A DNA stretch of 63,671 bases, filler included, from Octopus bimaculoides (lineage: Eukaryota), in NCBI RefSeq assembly GCF_001194135.2. It is 5 parts of 4 records of this genome, joined end to end, with 100 filler letters (N's around TTAATTAATTAA, not from the genome) between each part and the next. Parts side by side here need not be neighbours in the genome. Positions count along the whole stretch, not along the records: positions 18,228 to 35,088 come from NC_068989.1; positions 35,189 to 56,769 come from NC_068983.1; 3 more parts are not named here. The stretch is one strand, 5' to 3'. The notes under the pieces are model-generated. The model worked only from the letters and a program-made list of their open reading frames with translations. It had not been told where the DNA came from and made no database searches. Position 1 is the first letter of the stretch; each line of letters opens with the position of its first letter. Positions 25,536 to 38,289 of the stretch are shown one piece after another. Position numbers and translations under genes: made by a program.

Positions 25536-26408
25536 AATGTTTTACAACCAGGGACCATATGGCCCTTGGTGGGGTCCATTTAAGATTTCGTTGTTAAAAT
25601 TTATGTTCAGTAAATTTGTTATACTTCTACAATAGGCACAGGTGTGGCTGTGTGGTAAGAAGCTGGCAGAACCGTTAGCACGCCGGGCGAAATGCTTAGC
25701 GGTATTTCGTCGGCCGTTACGTTCTGAGTTCAAATTCCGCCGAGGTCGACTTTGCCTTTCGGGGTCGATAAATTAAGTATCAGTTATGCACTGGGGTCGA
25801 TGTAATCGACTTAATCCCCCTTGTCTGTCCTTGTTTGTCCCCTCTGTATGTAGCCCCTTGTGGGTAGTAAAGAAATAAGAAGCTTGCTTCCTAACCACAT
25901 GGTTCCGGGTTCAATCCCACAGTGTGGCACCTTGGGCAAGTGTCTTCTACTGTAGGTTTGGGCGTGATTGTTACCAGTGGTCACCGTACTGGCACTTGTG
26001 CCGGTGGCACGTGGAAAACAACATTCGAGCGAGGTTGTTGCCAGTGCCGCTGGACTGGCTCCTGTGCAGATAGCACATAAAAAACACCTTTTGAGTGTGG
26101 CCATCGCCAGTACCACCTGACTGGCCTTTGTGCCGGTGGCACGTAAAAGCACCCACTACACTCTCGGAGTGGTTGGCATTAGGAAGGGCATCCAGCTGTA
26201 GAAATTCTGCCAGATCAGATTGGAGCTTGGTGCAGCCATCTGGCTCACCAGTCCTCAGTCAAACTGTCCAACCCATGCCAGCATGGAAAGTGGACGTTAA
26301 ACGATGATGATGATGATGATGATGATACATTAAATGGCTATGTAGGTCCATTTGAGTAAAACAGAAATCAAAGGGACCCATAGGTAAAAAATAGTTGAGA
26401 AGTACTGG
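25535..26408. mobile_element. hAT-like MITE containing a SINE that itself contains a family B SINE
   Basis: Ends CAATGTTTTACAACC and TAGTTGAGAAGTACTG resemble the reversed ends of 31845-32934. The inner SINE B (25665-25875) is flanked by TAAGAAGCT at 25656-25664 and 25876-25884. Confidence 0.65.
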
Positions 26409-26476
26409 TCAGATCAAAACAACAATACAGTGAATATATATTTATAGTCTGTTTTATGCTCTTTCTAGAATATCTA

Positions 26477-27302
26477 CTTGTTTCAGTCATTTTGACTGTG
26501 GTCATGCTGGAGCACCACCTTAAAGGGTTTAAGCCTAGTACTTATTCTATTGGTTTCTTTTTTGCCAAACCACTAAGTTATGGGGATGTAAACATACCAA
26601 CATCGGTTGTCAAGTGATGGTGGGGAGACAAACACAAACACATCAACACACCTACATAGATATGTACGTATATATGTATGCAACGGGCTTCTTTCAGTTT
26701 CTATCTACCAAATCCACTCATAAGGCTTCGGTCAGCTCAAGGTTATATAGTAGAAGACATTTGCCTAAGGTACCACGCAGTGGGACTAGAGCTGGAACCA
26801 TGTGGTTGGGAAGCAAACTTCTTACCACACAGCCATGCCTGCACTTATAAAAATGATGCTTTGGCTTGTCCAGGATGTACAATACTCTTTTTTTACTCTT
26901 TCTATTTGTTTCAGTCATTTGACTGTGGCCATGCTGGAGCACCGCCTTTAGTCAAGCAAATCCACCCCGGGACTTATTCTTTGTGAGCCTAGTACTTATT
27001 CTATCGGTCTCTTTTTGCCGAACCGCTAAGTGACGGGGACATGAGCACACCAGCACACCAGCATCAGTTGTCAAGCAATGCTAGGGGGACAAACACAGAC
27101 ACACAAACACACACACACACATATATATATACATATATACGACGGGCTTCTTTCAGTTTCCGTCTACCAAATCCACTCACAAGGATTTGGTCGGCCCGAG
27201 GCTATAGTAGAAGACACTTGCCCAAGGTGTCACGCAGTGAGACTGAACCCGGAACCATGTGGTTGGTAAGCAAGCTACTTACCACACTACCACTCCTGCG
27301 CC
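26477..27302 (-). mobile_element. Two tandem family A SINEs (26477-26845, 26910-27302)
   Basis: Both match family A. The second retains more CpGs. Confidence 0.8.
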
Positions 27303-27718
27303 TATGTGTACAATATGTACAATTAATTTTGATATCATTCATAAATTGAAAAAAAGGAATAAATATTTGAAGACTCTTCCCCAATGTACACACACAAAGA
27401 GAAATGGTGTAACCATATTGTCAACAAGAGGATACAAGAACTGTATAAGCTGAGTGCAATATGTTGAAAATTTGAAAAATAAACGCTTTGTTTTTGTTGG
27501 CAATGCTTGTTACAGCATTTGGAAAAGAAGAGGAAAAAGAGAAACTGTAAAAGAGAAAAGAAGCAAAAAAAGAAAAAAAAGATGTTGACAAACCTTTATC
27601 AGATGTGTCTTCAACTACAATGAAATAAAAATATCGATGTTCACCAAAACCATATTCCTTCAAAGCTGAAAAGATAAATGATTGAATGATTCAGTTTGCG
27701 GACACTGGATAATAAATA

Positions 27719-27762
<44 letters not shown>

Positions 27763-28066
27763 CATGTGTGCCTGTATGCATGCATGCCTGTATGCATGCG
27801 TGCCTGTATGCATGCGTGTGTGTGTTTGTGTGTGTGTATGTGTGCTTGTGAGAGAGACTGTGAGAGAGAAGGAAAGAGAATTTACCTTTAACATGAAGTC
27901 AAATATTTTAAAGAGTGATACATGTTGGAATGATTCAACTCCAATATATTACTGGTACAAAACATAGTGAAAGTATATACACATGACATGGCTGCAGACT
28001 ATATGCAACAGACAATACTGAAAGACAGTCCATGCATTAGACAAAGTGGCAGTATATACACTAGAC

Positions 28067-28351
28067 CAGGGGTTTTCAAACTTTTTGACTTGCGGACTCC
28101 TTTATATTTCAGGCTCTACCTTATAAACGCTTATGAAATTTATACATAAATATTTGCTTAAAATAACATTTATTTTTACATTTATTTATTTAACAGTATT
28201 TAACAAATAGGTTTATTGTCAATTAAAAGATTTCGATTAAAAAACCTATATAAAATCAAATTGCCCATAAAAAGTATTTACTGTCCACGGACCCCCTGTC
28301 TTGTCCTTGCAGACCCCCTGTGGTCTGCGGACCACAGTTTGAAAACTTCTG
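28067..28351. mobile_element. hAT MITE with perfect 8-bp TSD
   Basis: TIR CAGGGGTTTTCAAACT / AGTTTGAAAACTTCTG. CACTAGAC at 28059-28066 and 28352-28359. Confidence 0.9.
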
Positions 28352-28589
28352 CACTAGACAACATGATTGTATTTACACCAGAGAAAGTGACCAACATTAT
28401 ACAGTGCAGTATATGCACCATATATATAGTGACAGACAGTATATAAACTACACACAGTATATAGTATTAGTCATTGTCACAGAATATATGTTAGATGTAG
28501 TAAGAATATATACGATAGACAATGGCAAGAGTATATACACTGAAAAATATGTGGTGCAGATTTCAATGAGTATTAGTAAAAAGGGTAAA

Positions 28590-28915
28590 GACTCCATTTG
28601 GTCATAAATGACAATGGGATTGCACCTAGAAAGTTCCCCTTCGAGGCACAAGTCTGGGCAAGGTTGTTTATGAAAGACCAGCAGTTGCCCATGCATACCA
28701 GCCTCCCTTCTCCATGCCAACGATGTTATCCAAAAGAAAGGCAAATACAGCTTGGCACCAGTGATGTCGCAAATCATTTCTACTGCTGAGTTAACTGGAG
28801 CAACGTGAAAATAAAGTGTCTTGTTCAAGAACACAACATATAGCCCGGTCCAGGAATGAAACTCACTATCTCATGATTGTGAGCCTGACACTCTAACCAC
28901 TGAGCTGTATGCCAT
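28590..28915 (-). mobile_element. tRNA-derived SINE (C-type core, tail H)
   Basis: Reverse complement of 33215-33545. Confidence 0.8.
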
Positions 28916-29414
28916 CACAAGTAGTAGTACACGATTGATATATAAACTGAAGCCAGAAAAAATTCATGGCTGTCATTTGCAAGCAAGTATAACTTGGTAG
29001 TATGTACAGTGGCATAGATAATAGGAGAAGAAAGGGAACGACTGTTCTCCATGAGCACATTTTCCAAGACTGGCACCATTTGAAAAATCTTTTAACGCTT
29101 TAGTTAACTTGTGTGAAAAAAAGTTGAATCTCTTTTTTTTCTTTTTTTGTTAATCACACGGCCTTGGAAGAACTTTCTGGGGTCATTACTGTATTTGACA
29201 AACCCTCTGTGTTTTTGAACTGTCTCATCAATCTGTTGTGATGTGTTAATGGCTGCTGATATCTGAAGAACCAAAACAAACCTTGACGTCATAACCTCTC
29301 AACATTAGACAATCCTGTGGAGTTTCATCTTTTTCTCATGAAACCTATATCAATAGTTGTTAGTTTCATACATAATGGCATTGTTACTAAAGCATGGAAT
29401 TAATGAATGTAGAA

Positions 29415-29730
29415 TACAGTTATGCATATTTCTCTGTATCATTCCTATCCAGTAGCCCCCACCCACTCTATATACCCAGGTTTTTACTACTCACTTCCCC
29501 TCCCCACTCTCTAATCACGCTTCTTTCACAATATCCCGCCACTTATATTATGACCTTCAAACTTCAAGGGTATGCCCTGGCATTTGCCACCATCTGTATC
29601 TCTCTCTGCCTTTACTCGACCATCCCATTTATATTCTGATCCCTGTCCCTTGTGAGTATGCCCGGTACTTTGCCACCATCTCTACCCTGCTATCTCCTAC
29701 TCTCTCTCTCTCTCTCTCTCTCCAGCCGGG
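29415..29730 (+). mobile_element. 3'-UTR fragment of the RTE LINE family at 38.3-42.8 kb
   Basis: Colinear similarity to 41915-42200, e.g. TATATTATGACC..CAAGGGTATGCC and CCCTTGTGAGTATGCC. Confidence 0.75.
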
Positions 29731-30319
29731 TAACCTATGGGGCTGAACCTGAAACCACATGATTGGGAAGCAAACTCTTTAACCACACAGCCATCCTTGC
29801 ACACCTATATGAAGTAAAATTCACAGAACTAAAAGTTCTGCATAAATACTGAAATAAAACCAACCACATTGGATTTGAACCTAATACCTATAAGCTAGTA
29901 ACCCATGGTAGATTTAAACCTACACCCTGCAAACTAATAATCCACTGTGGATTTGAACTGAGGACCTTTAAGCTAGAAATCCACTGTGATGGTCATACAG
30001 TCATATGACTTCAACCATTAAATATTCATAGATTCTTATTCCATTAACATTCATGTATGTTAATGTATGTTAGCATACATTAACATACATTAATACATTC
30101 TTCTATCATCAGCAAAACGTTCTACAGAGATATCAGTCAATGCCTGACATTCCAACCCTGTCTTCTCTCCTATAGCTCTGTCTTGGCTTATTATTATTGT
30201 ACAGATATATGTTATAACTGTTCCTAAGGTGAACATTTAATGTAGCTGGTGAAAAGAAGCATCTTCTTCATTGGTTGCAATTAATCTAGGTTGGAATTAA
30301 TCTCGCTTCTGTATTTTCC

Positions 30320-30327
30320 ACCATCTC

Positions 30328-30389
<62 letters not shown>

Positions 30390-30399
30390 CCATTCTCTA

Positions 30400-30431
<32 letters not shown>

Positions 30432-30850
30432 TCTATCTATCAATCAGTCAGTCTGTCTGTCTGTCTGTCTATCTATCGATCGATCTATCTCACTTTCTTT
30501 CTCTCTCACACCACATAGATACACACAGACATACGCGTTCACACATGTGCAAGCATGCACACACACAAACACACATATTCAAATACACATATGCACATAC
30601 ACACACAAACACACACAAACACACACACACACACATACATACACATACACAAGCATGCACACACACATACAAAGGCACAGACATATGTATACTTATATTT
30701 ATATTTTCACACATATATACACACATATTCAAATACACAGGGGCATATACAGTCACACACACATACACACACTTAAACATTCAAACACAGACACACACAA
30801 GAACACACACATTATACAAATACAAACAAAGGGACACACACAAGCATATT
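30320..30850. repeat. Compound microsatellite: (CT)n, (CTAT)n and CA-rich array
   Basis: Read directly. Confidence 0.9.
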
Positions 30851-31081
30851 TCATTTCTATTTAAACATCTATACAATGAATAATGTGTGTATGTGTGTGT
30901 ATGTGTGGAGCATTTAGTTTAATGCTTTGGGTTGTTCAACACAAGGTCAAGGGTTCAGTTCCTGAATCATGTAATGCATTATGTCTTGAAAAGGCACTTC
31001 ATTTCACATTGGTTGTAAATGAGTAATTAGTCAGATACTGCAGCAGCTCTCTCCTCTCTCAGCTGTTGTCATATCTTAGAG

Positions 31082-31378
31082 CAGGGGTTTTCAAACTTTT
31101 TGACTTGTGTACCCCTTTATATTTCAGACTTTACCTTAGGGACCCCGTTATAAACACTTATGAAATTTATACATAAATATTTGCTTAAAATAACATATAT
31201 TTTTACATTTATTTATTTAACAGTATTTAACAAATAGGTTTATTGTCAATTAAAAGATTTTGATTAAAAAACATATATAAAATCAAATTGCCCATAAAAA
31301 GTATTTGCTGTCCACGGACCCCCTGTCTTGTCCTTGCGGACCCCCTGTGGTCCGCGGACCACAGTTTGAAAACCCCTG
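31082..31378. mobile_element. hAT MITE, same family as 28067-28351
   Basis: TIR CAGGGGTTTTCAAACT / AGTTTGAAAACCCCTG. TSD TCTTAGAG/TCCTAGAG. Confidence 0.9.
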
Positions 31379-31479
31379 TCCTAGAGGATCCATTGAATCA
31401 AGGGCATGGTGGCTGAGAGGGTGTTCTTGCTTGTTTACCACTACATAGACACCTGGAACAGTTAGCAAAAGCATGGTAC

Positions 31480-31700
31480 ATGTTCTTTTCTACTCGAGGT
31501 ACAAGGCACGACATTTTTTGGGGAGGGGGCTAGTTGATTGGATCGACCCCAGTACGCAATTGGTACTTAATTTATCGACCGTGAAAGGATGAAAGGCAAA
31601 GTCAACCTTGGCAGAATTTGAACTCAGAACATAAAGACAGACGAAATACCACTAAGCATTTCACCTGGCGTGCTAACGTTCTTGCCAGCTCGCCGCCTTG
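31480..31700 (-). mobile_element. SINE family B
   Basis: Matches 39915-40127. Confidence 0.8.
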
Positions 31701-31951
31701 CATGGTACATGTTCTGCTAGAAGGTCCAGTCCTTGTTGTAATGTGGTGGCTTGTATGCCTCAGTGGTCCTAAAAGCTAACAAGTGAAGCACAAGCTCCTA
31801 GTAAGGCCTCCCATGCTGGACAGATCAGAGGAGAGAGACTAAACCATTAGTTCTCAATAATTTTTTGCCTATGGACCCCTTTGATCCCTATTTTACTTTT
31901 CTGGACCCTCATAATCATTCAATGTCTAAAAACTCATATTATATTCTTTAT

Positions 31952-32289
31952 GCATTATTTACATTTGATGGATATTTGTCCTCATCTTGTTTGTTATTAA
32001 TACATTTTGGCTGATACACCCACCGCCAGCCTTCATCAAGTGTCTTGGGGAAATTTTGAACCTGGGTTCTCATTCCTAAGGTATTTTTCATTGTTGTTGT
32101 TGTTGTTATTATTATTCAGGTCACTGCCTGGAATCGAACTCAGAATCTTCGGGTTAGTAGCCCCCCGCACTCTTAACTACTACGCCATATGCCCGTGGGT
32201 ATAGTGCTTAAGAGCATGAGCTACTAACTTCAAGATTCCAAGTTTGATTCCAGGCAGTGACCTGAATAATAATAATAATAATAATGATG

Positions 32290-32328
<39 letters not shown>

Positions 32329-32500
32329 TCAAAAAATACTTTAGGAATGAGAACCCAGGTTTGAAATTTCCCCAAGACACCTCATGAAAGCTGGAGGGTA
32401 TATCAGCCGAAACGTTGTGTTAACAACAAACAAGATCAGGACAAATATCCGTCAAATGTAAATAATGTACATAATTCCTCATCTCTTAAATATAGAACTG
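31952..32500. mobile_element. Head-to-head dimer of a tRNA-headed SINE with hammerhead-like tail
   Basis: 31954-32199 (-) and 32200-32500 (+) are copies of one element. TATATTCTTTAT is repeated at 31940-31951 and 32501-32512. Confidence 0.85.
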
Positions 32501-33214
32501 TATATTCTTTATATTTAAATACTGAGATTTCTGGTGCATTGCTGTACTCAAGAAAACCTGTCTACCACAGCAGAATTGATACTTGTGCTGGTGCCATGTA
32601 AAAAAACACTCGTGTTAGTGTCACATTAAAGCATCCCTACACTCTTTGAGTAGTTGGCATTAGGAAGGGCATCCAGCCATAGAAACCATGCCAGAACAGA
32701 CAACAGAGCCTGGTGTAGCCCCTGGCTTAACAGCTCCAGTCAAATCATTCAACCCATGCCAGCATGGAAAAGTTGACGTTAAATGATAATTATGATAATG
32801 ATGAACTGTATAAAAAAATTGTTAAAATATATTGTGGTTTGGAGATGTATAACCAGCTTATTGCACATAAATTTCAACAGCAAAATCTTTTATAGACCCC
32901 CGAGGGCCATATGGACTCCTTTTGGGAAACACTGGGTGAGACCAATATAGTTCACAGCTTCCCAGTGGTAAAAATGGGTCTGTATGGGGCTAACTTCCCA
33001 CCAAGAAAAACGACAAAGTTACAGAAGCATCAATGGCAATTCAAAACTCACAAGAATTTGGTGAGGAATGCCTTCCCTCACATCAGAAGTGAGAACGGTG
33101 GAGAAATGTCTTCACTGGCCTATGCTTCAGAAGAAGTGAAGGATTTAAAGTAAGGTATGATGGTACGTGATACTCAGTCATGGCTTGCTATACTTTGTAC
33201 ATATATATTTAAAG

Positions 33215-33545
33215 TGAAGGCACATGGCTCTGTGGTTGGGCTTGCAATCATGAGGTAGTCAGTCTGATTCCTGGACTGGGTTGTGTGTTGTGTTCTTGAG
33301 CAAGACACTTTATTTCACGTTGCTCCAGTTCACTCAGCTGTAGAAATGAGTTGCAATATCACTGGTGCCAAGCCATATTGGCCTTTGCCTTTCCCTTAGA
33401 TAACATCAGTGGTGTGGAGAGGGGAGGCTGGTATGCATGGGTGACTGCTAGTGTTCCATAAACAACTTTGCTCAGACTTGTGCCTCAGAGGGTAACTTTC
33501 TAGGTGCAATCCCATGGTCATTTGTGACCGAAAGGGGTCTTTACC
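33215..33545 (+). mobile_element. tRNA-derived SINE (C-type core, tail H)
   Basis: Homologous to 28590-28915. Confidence 0.8.
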
Positions 33546-34768
33546 CTATATTTAAAGCAAAGAACTCCAGTATTACTTATTTAATACTCTGATATTTTCA
33601 GTGAAAAACTCAGAGGTTAAGTACAGGAGGTTCAATTTTTCATATCTGAAGTATAGGTGTAGCTGTGGCAGCACTTCTTGTCTCATCTTTAGCTTTAAAT
33701 ATTGTCTGAAAACTCTCTTCTTTTTCATTTTTATTTACTTATTGAAAAACAAAGGTACATCACTTTCCTTCTTGTCCTTTCTTGTGTGAAGTCCTCAGAC
33801 AAAGAAGTACTCTCTTTTGTTATATACTTTTACCATGTTTTTTTTTGTTTTTTTGGCTGGGGGCTTACTCATGTTTATCACCTCACTTTGGCTCTCAATT
33901 CTAATGAAAGATGAGTTACTTTTATTGTGATGGTGCTTTCATTATTGTTATTTAAGATTGCTTTTATGTCATATGTTTTTGTGCTTCTTAAATTGGAACT
34001 GTTAGTGTTTGTAACTGCATTGTTTTGTTTAATTGGTAGTTGTCATAAATTTATTTGTCATAAATAAAGTGTTTACAAAATTGGGTGAGACATATTTGTG
34101 GATGTGAAATTGCATGGCCTAGTCACTAGGCAGTTGCACTCATGGTCACTAGATCATGAGTTCAGTTCCCAGACAGGGCAGCATGTTGTGTTCTTGACCA
34201 AAATACTTCATTTCACATTGCTCTAGTTCCCCCTTTTGATTGTGGGGGAATGTTGGCCTGCTCACCTAACTAGTAGGATGGTGTCATCCTAAGGTTAAAG
34301 TGATGCAAAGTGAATTGTGACCAGCAATGTGTAATAAGATCTGATAGTCTGGTCAGTCATATGATCATGTGATATTCAAAGATATCACCACAGTGATTTG
34401 TATGCCTTCCATCCACTACTGAGTTTTAGTTTCCATCCACTACTGAATTTTAAATCACAAAAATATAATATAAATGGCACCACATATAAATATATACACA
34501 ATTAAAAACAAAGTTTGAAAAAATCTACTTTTCCATTGGAAAACATGAAATCTACACATCAACAATGAATGACAACTACATCTATGGCATCTGTGCTATC
34601 TGAAGTACTTGCTCTCCCAGTGAGGTATTTGTCAAATTTACAAGTAGGACTTTTGGGCAACAGACAAGCATTATTTTGCCTGCTGAAATGTCAGGGCTGA
34701 CTGTCAGATGTGGTCAGTAATTGTGAGGGGTCATGTTGAACCCATTGGTCAGATCCAGCTTGACTCAC

Positions 34769-34921
34769 CCCCAGGTAAATGTCGCCACCAAGTACAAATT
34801 AAGTTGTACTTTTCCATCCTGGGCAATTTTAAATAATCCAAAGCTATTCTTTGGTAAAAACAACTTGCAAAATTTTTTTCATCAAGTAATACTGGAAGAA
34901 AATATCCTTCTGGATGCAACT
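34769..34921 (-). CDS. Candidate internal exon, unassigned
   Basis: Minus-strand TCTTTCACAG acceptor and GG|GTGAGT donor. 153 nt, phase 1-1, only one open frame (LHPEGYFLPVLLDEKNFASCFYQRIALDYLKLPRMEKYNLICTWWRHLPG). Family not recognised. Confidence 0.35.
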
Positions 34922-34976
34922 CTGTGAAAGATGACTATTTATGGCAAACAAGAACAAAAAGAATATTTCTAATTTA

Positions 34977-35019
<43 letters not shown>

Positions 35020-35298
35020 GTAATAATCTTTTCTACCAAAGGCACAAGGCCTGTAATTTTTGGGGAGGGGTAAGTTGATTACATCAACNNNNNNNNNNNN
35101 NNNNNNNNNNNNNNNNNNNNNNNNNNNNNNNNTTAATTAATTAANNNNNNNNNNNNNNNNNNNNNNNNNNNNNNNNNNNNNNNNNNNNAATCTGAAGGTG
35201 GAGAAGCTTTATTCTGTACTCTACTACATTCTTAACAGAATATACCATAACTACACACACACACACATGCACGCACGCACACACACACTTACACACAG

Positions 35299-35341
<43 letters not shown>

Positions 35342-35424
35342 CACACACACACACGTATAGTTCAAATTTGCAGAAAACAAAGGATGAAGACAGGTATATG
35401 TATGTATGTATGTCTGTATGTATG

Positions 35425-35458
<34 letters not shown>

Positions 35459-36029
35459 TATATGGGGGTTGTAGGTGTGAATGTTTGTATGTTTGTGTCT
35501 CACTCTCTTGACATTGTATAATTGTTGTAAACAAATATTCCTTCCTGATACTCTGTAAAAACATATCTGACTATTGGGAAGTATTCCTTTGCTTGGAAAT
35601 AGATTAGGGTTGGCAACAAGAAGGGAATTTGGCTGTAGAAAACCTGCCTCAGTAATTTTGTGTATTTCAAGTTCAAATACTGCCATAACCTACTTGGATG
35701 GTTAGACTTAATCTGTCGCCCATTTTAACATTACCACCTGAAACTCTGAGTGCATTTAGCCAACTCCACATTGTTGCATGCATTCAGGAAAAGTCTCGAG
35801 ATTGAGGACACCTTCCTCCCTCCCTCTTGCCAATCTCAGAAGCCCTGTAAAGGGTTATGGCCACTACTTTCACTCTTATCTAAAAGATAATAGAAAAATT
35901 TCTTTTAAATTCCTCCACCCTTTATTGTCACAGCTATGCTTTTGTTACAACCACCTTCAGCTGTTATACATGTAGTATGCCATCAATCTAAGTAGTTAGT
36001 GGATTTAATTTTCTGATTTTTTTCCTCCA

Positions 36030-36219
36030 ATTGTCATCTTTTACTTGTTTCAGTCATTGGACTATGGCCATACTGGGGCTCCACCTTGAATGTTTTAGAT
36101 GAATGAATCTTGTTTTTAAAGTCTGGTACTTATTCCATTAGGCTCTTTGGCTGAACCACTAAGTTACAAGGATGCAAACAAACCAACATTGGTTGTCATG
36201 CAGTGATGGGGTACAAAGA

Positions 36220-36262
<43 letters not shown>

Positions 36263-36430
36263 ATACACACACACACACACATACAACGGGCTTCTTTCGG
36301 TTTCTGTCTACAAAATCTCACAAAGTTTGGTTGACCCAAGGTTATATAAGTTGAAGCAGACATAGTGGGACTGAACCTGAAGCCATGTGGTTGGGGAGCA
36401 AACATTTTACCACACAGCCAGTTTGCACCT
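36030..36430 (-). mobile_element. SINE family A (decayed)
   Basis: Family A tail, (CA)n and head. Confidence 0.75.
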
Positions 36431-37107
36431 ATTACTGTATATCTATCCCCTCTAAAATGGATGTACAAAATGTACAAACAAATAATATTGTATCTATTAT
36501 ATTCTGAATACACACCCATCTTTATAAACGACAAATCATTCTTGATTAACAATAGACATATTTGAATAGCATAATCAATAGTCAGAGAAATGTAGAAATA
36601 TCATAAAAACAGAAAACCAAACCTGGCATTTTATCTAAGTGAACCTACATAATCATTGTCTAAAAAAACATAATCTAAAGTGACAATGCATTCTAGTGAA
36701 TAGGAGGAATAAAAACTGTTGCTTAGTTCTAGACTTTAAATGCTTCTGTATTCAACAATATAAGTGTAAAGTAAATTCATGATATGTATTTTATTCCAGT
36801 AATAAATATATTTTTTTTGAACCAAAGGAAACTGATAGTTGTTTTAGCTTAATGAACTCTAGCAGAGAAAAATTGTAATCTGGTGAGATAAAACTGAAGA
36901 AACATTTGCAAAACAAATGTGGGATGTAAACTAAGAAGGAGTGCAAGTATTACCATGTGGTTAAGAGGTTTGCTTCACAACCATGTGGCTTCAGATTCCA
37001 TTCTGTCACTACACAGTGAGATGGGCAAGTAGTTTCTACAAGAACTGGGGTCAGCCAATGACTTGTTGAGTTAAACTGATTGCCAGGAACTGTTTGGAAG
37101 CCTGTTG

Positions 37108-37171
<64 letters not shown>

Positions 37172-38289
37172 CATACATACATACATACATACATACATAC
37201 ATACATACATGAATATGAAAAATATGTTACAAATGGAAAGCATCAATTAAATACAAAACAAAAAGAGATGAAATATAATGAGTGTGACATAATTTTACTT
37301 TCATAGATTCCTTTAAGAAACAGTTCTGCTACTTGATAACCCTGCTGAAGTTGATGCCATGCAAAAAGCAGCCAGAACACTTTGTAAAGTAACTGGCATT
37401 AGGAAGGGTAATCAAGCTGTAGAAAGCATGCTAAAGTGGACACTAGAACTTGGTGCAGTCCTCCGGCTTGCCAGCTCCTGTCAAACTGTCCAAGCCATAC
37501 CAGTATGGAAACTGAATGATAAATGATGATGATGATGATGGTGATAAATTATCCAAGTTCAATAAACTATGATGTTAAAAGAAAAAAAAATTATACAAAT
37601 ATTCATAAACATAAAATTTATAATTAATGATTTGTCTGTAAATATTTGGACAATACAATTAATTTTCGGTTAATGTCACTGTTTAATAAGGGTGACAGTC
37701 TAATGATCAAAAATACTACCTAATCATAAAGTGTATTCATAAAATTTTATTAATTAAATGGTTGATACTGACAACATTTATGTATTAATATTTTAATGAT
37801 AATAATAATAATAATAATTATCAAATACTATGACTTTTCTTCTGAGCCTGTCTAGCTATGTGGAGTGCTCAACGTCCATTTTGCACACCCATTATGTCCA
37901 CCCATCCTCCCCCACCACTATATTAATTCATACTTTAACATTTTCACCTGGTGACTCATATGCTTCCTGTACTCTGTGTGTGAATACATATTTTGATTAT
38001 ACCCTTATACCCTCATACAGGTGCCCTGATAAGTGTTGTATACAGTTCAAGGTACCTCATATATGAATATTTAGACATATAATACTTAAACTGCCCTATG
38101 TAACCATCCTATTCTCATACCCACGTGTTGGCTCTTGCTCTAGATGTTGGATGAGGTGGGGGAAACTGTGATTCATTGTAATTCACTGAATAAACTATGT
38201 ACCAAAGCTCTATGCTAGCTGGAAAGCATTTTCACAGATCTTCATTTCAGGTGATGGCAAAATTTCCACAACTACTTTGCCACCACCAC

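Noticed and set aside
28930-29340. Coding-like island with several partly open minus-strand frames
   Set aside because: No consistent frame, splice pair or recognisable motif.
30053-30090. 17-bp perfect inverted repeat with TTAG loop
   Set aside because: Built from low-complexity ATGT/TTA units; too weak to interpret.
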